DNA of 64,000 bases, taken from assembly GCA_963705615.1 (NCBI GenBank), contig CAVPKE010000005.1:44839-108838 (forward strand), read 5' to 3'. Origin of the DNA: an uncultured beta proteobacterium (GTDB lineage Bacteria; Pseudomonadota; Gammaproteobacteria; Burkholderiales; SHXO01). Positions 62,180 through 64,000 of this stretch are shown one piece after another. The stretch's first letter is position 1. Each line of letters begins with the position of its first letter. The position numbers and the translations under genes are program-made. The notes under the pieces were generated by a model, which saw only the letters and a list, made by a program, of their open reading frames with translations, ran no database searches and had not been told where the DNA came from.

Positions 62180-62255
62180 ACCCCTGTCGCCCTGTCGAGC
62201 GCGGGCTCTGGAGATCTAGCGAATGCTGAGTAGCGTAGCAAAGAGGAAGCGAAAG

Positions 62256-62843
62256 ATGCCCACCATCACCCGTGACAGCCTGATGACCCTGGAAGCCTAC
62301 GCCAAGGTCCGCAAGGAGTTCCGCGCGAACGTGATGGCCCACAAGAAGAACCGCAGCGTGCAGCTCGGTGACCATGTCACGCTGCTGTTCGAGGACGAGA
62401 TGACCATGCGCTACCAGATCCAGGAGATGCTGCGCGCGGAGCGGATCTTCGAGCAACACGGTATCCAGGATGAGCTCGACGCCTATAACCCTCTGGTACC
62501 GGACGGCAGCAACTGGAAGGCGACCATGATGATCCAGTTTCCCGACATCGATGAGCGCCGACATGCACTGGCGCGCATGGTCGGCATTCAGGACCGCGTC
62601 TGGGTCCAGGTGGAAGGCTGCCCGAAGGTCTACGCCGTGGCCGACGAGGACCTTGAGCGCGAAACCGAGGACAAGACCTCTTCGGTTCACTTCCTGCGCT
62701 TCGAGCTGGACCCGGCCATGAAGAAGGCGTTGGGCAGCGGCGCCAACATCCGCATGGGCGTGGACCATCCCAACTACCAGGCCACGGTCGATCGGGTAGC
62801 TGCGGGGGTGCGAGAGTCTCTGCTCAAGGACCTCCGGTTCTAA
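62256..62843 (+). CDS. DUF3501 family protein
   Basis: LE.Y...R, LLFE...T.RYQIQEMLR.E, YNPL.P, KTSSVHFLRF; standard third gene of the rbr operon. Confidence 0.85.
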   Translation: MPTITRDSLMTLEAYAKVRKEFRANVMAHKKNRSVQLGDHVTLLFEDEMTMRYQIQEMLRAERIFEQHGIQDELDAYNPLVPDGSNWKATMMIQFPDIDERRHALARMVGIQDRVWVQVEGCPKVYAVADEDLERETEDKTSSVHFLRFELDPAMKKALGSGANIRMGVDHPNYQATVDRVAAGVRESLLKDLRF

Positions 62844-62958
62844 GGCGCCGCTCTCCGGAGGCGAGTCTCGACAAGCGGGCGCCGCTGGGTAGAATAGGGG
62901 TGCGTTCCGCGTATGCCCTAACTCGAACAATGACCTCGGAGCGCACGGAGACCGAACT

Positions 62959-64000
62959 ATGGCAACCGTGCTTGGAGGAGACCGCGTCCTGTCAATGCTA
63001 GAACGGCGACTCAGAGACATGCAGGCGCCGTTCAACGTCAGACTCTGGAACGGGCGCGCCTTGGCCCCGAGCGCGCCTTCACCGGTGACGCTGACGGTGC
63101 GCTCCCCGCAGGCGCTCATGAACCTCGTCAACCCTAGCCTGGGCAAGCTCGCTAAGAGCTACGTTGAGGGTGAGATCGACCTAGAGGGCAATTTCCGCGA
63201 TGTTCTGCGCGTGGGCGAGTCTCTGGTGGCCAGGGAGCACAGCGTCTATCACCCGCGCAAGCGCGCGTGGATGTGGTGGCGCCACAGCCGCGCCGCGGAC
63301 CGTCGCAGCATCCAGCATCACTACGATGTCGGCAACGACTTCTACGCGCTGTGGCTGGACCGCAACCGGGTCTACTCCTGCGCCTACTTCAAGCAACCCG
63401 ACGACTCACTGGACCTGGCGCAGGAGCAGAAGCTGGACCACATCTGCCGCAAGCTCATGCTCAAGCCCGGAGAGCGCTTTCTGGATATCGGCTGCGGCTG
63501 GGGTGGGTTGGTCCTGTGGGCGGTGCGCAACTATGGGGTCACGGCGCTCGGCGTCACTCTGAGCCGGGGCCAGTACGAGCACGCCAGCGCGCGGATCCGG
63601 GAGCTGGGCCTGGGCGACCGCTGCGAGGTGCGGCTGCAGGACTATCGCGACCTCTCTGACAACGAGCGCTTCGACAAGATCGCCAGCGTCGGCATGTTCG
63701 AGCATGTGGGCAAGCGCAACCTACCGACCTATTTCGACAAGATCCAGCGGTTGCTGCGGCCCGGGGGGCTGGTGCTTGAACCACGGCATCACCACCAACT
63801 CCTTGCAGGATGCCGAGCTGGGTGGCGGCATCGGCGACTTCGTGGACGAGTATGTGTTCCCGGGCGGGGAGCTGATGCACGTGACGGCAGTGGTCGAGGA
63901 GATGTCGCGCCAGGGCCTGGAGGTATGGGACGCTGAATGCCTGCGCCCGCACTACGCGAGGACACTGTGGCACTGGGTGGATCGCCTGGAAGCGCGGCGC
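62959..64000 (+). CDS. cfa: Cyclopropane-fatty-acyl-phospholipid synthase family methyltransferase, frameshift near 63780, runs off the window
   Basis: HHYDVGNDFY, YSCAYF, LDIGCGWG, SVGMFEHVG, YVFPGG. Confidence 0.88.

Overview
High-GC, probably betaproteobacterial chromosomal window (inferred from gene content). No rRNA, tRNA, CRISPR array, integrase or transposase was found. Many genes after about 16 kb carry single-base frameshifts that look like uncorrected long-read errors. Left arm (1-29.5 kb) is catabolic and transport: qor, an SDR, a duplicated 2-hydroxyacid dehydrogenase + HpcH aldolase module with a TRAP transporter, two paralogous exported proteins, a Kdo hydroxylase, an apionate-lactonase-like gene with a sugar ABC transporter, an FAH-family hydratase, a cyclase, two PhyH dioxygenases, and a permease/hydantoinase/HExxH cluster. 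Centre (29.5-45.3 kb) is an arsenic island: aioXSR divergent from aioBA (with a sigma54 promoter and twin GTTAC-N6-GTAAC boxes), arsR-arsI-arsC-acr3-mobB, and an ArsN2-cupin fusion. Beside it is an A/T-richer block with twin FNR-type boxes, a Cys-tailed ECF sigma factor and four SHOCT-domain genes with variable N-termini. That block is the best candidate for an undescribed system. Right arm has a form II coxSLM-D-E-G cluster, an LhgO-like oxidoreductase, an MFS transporter, a diguanylate cyclase, a serine hydrolase, the rubrerythrin/Fe-S oxidoreductase/DUF3501 operon and a partial cfa. All family calls come from motif recognition, not database searches.
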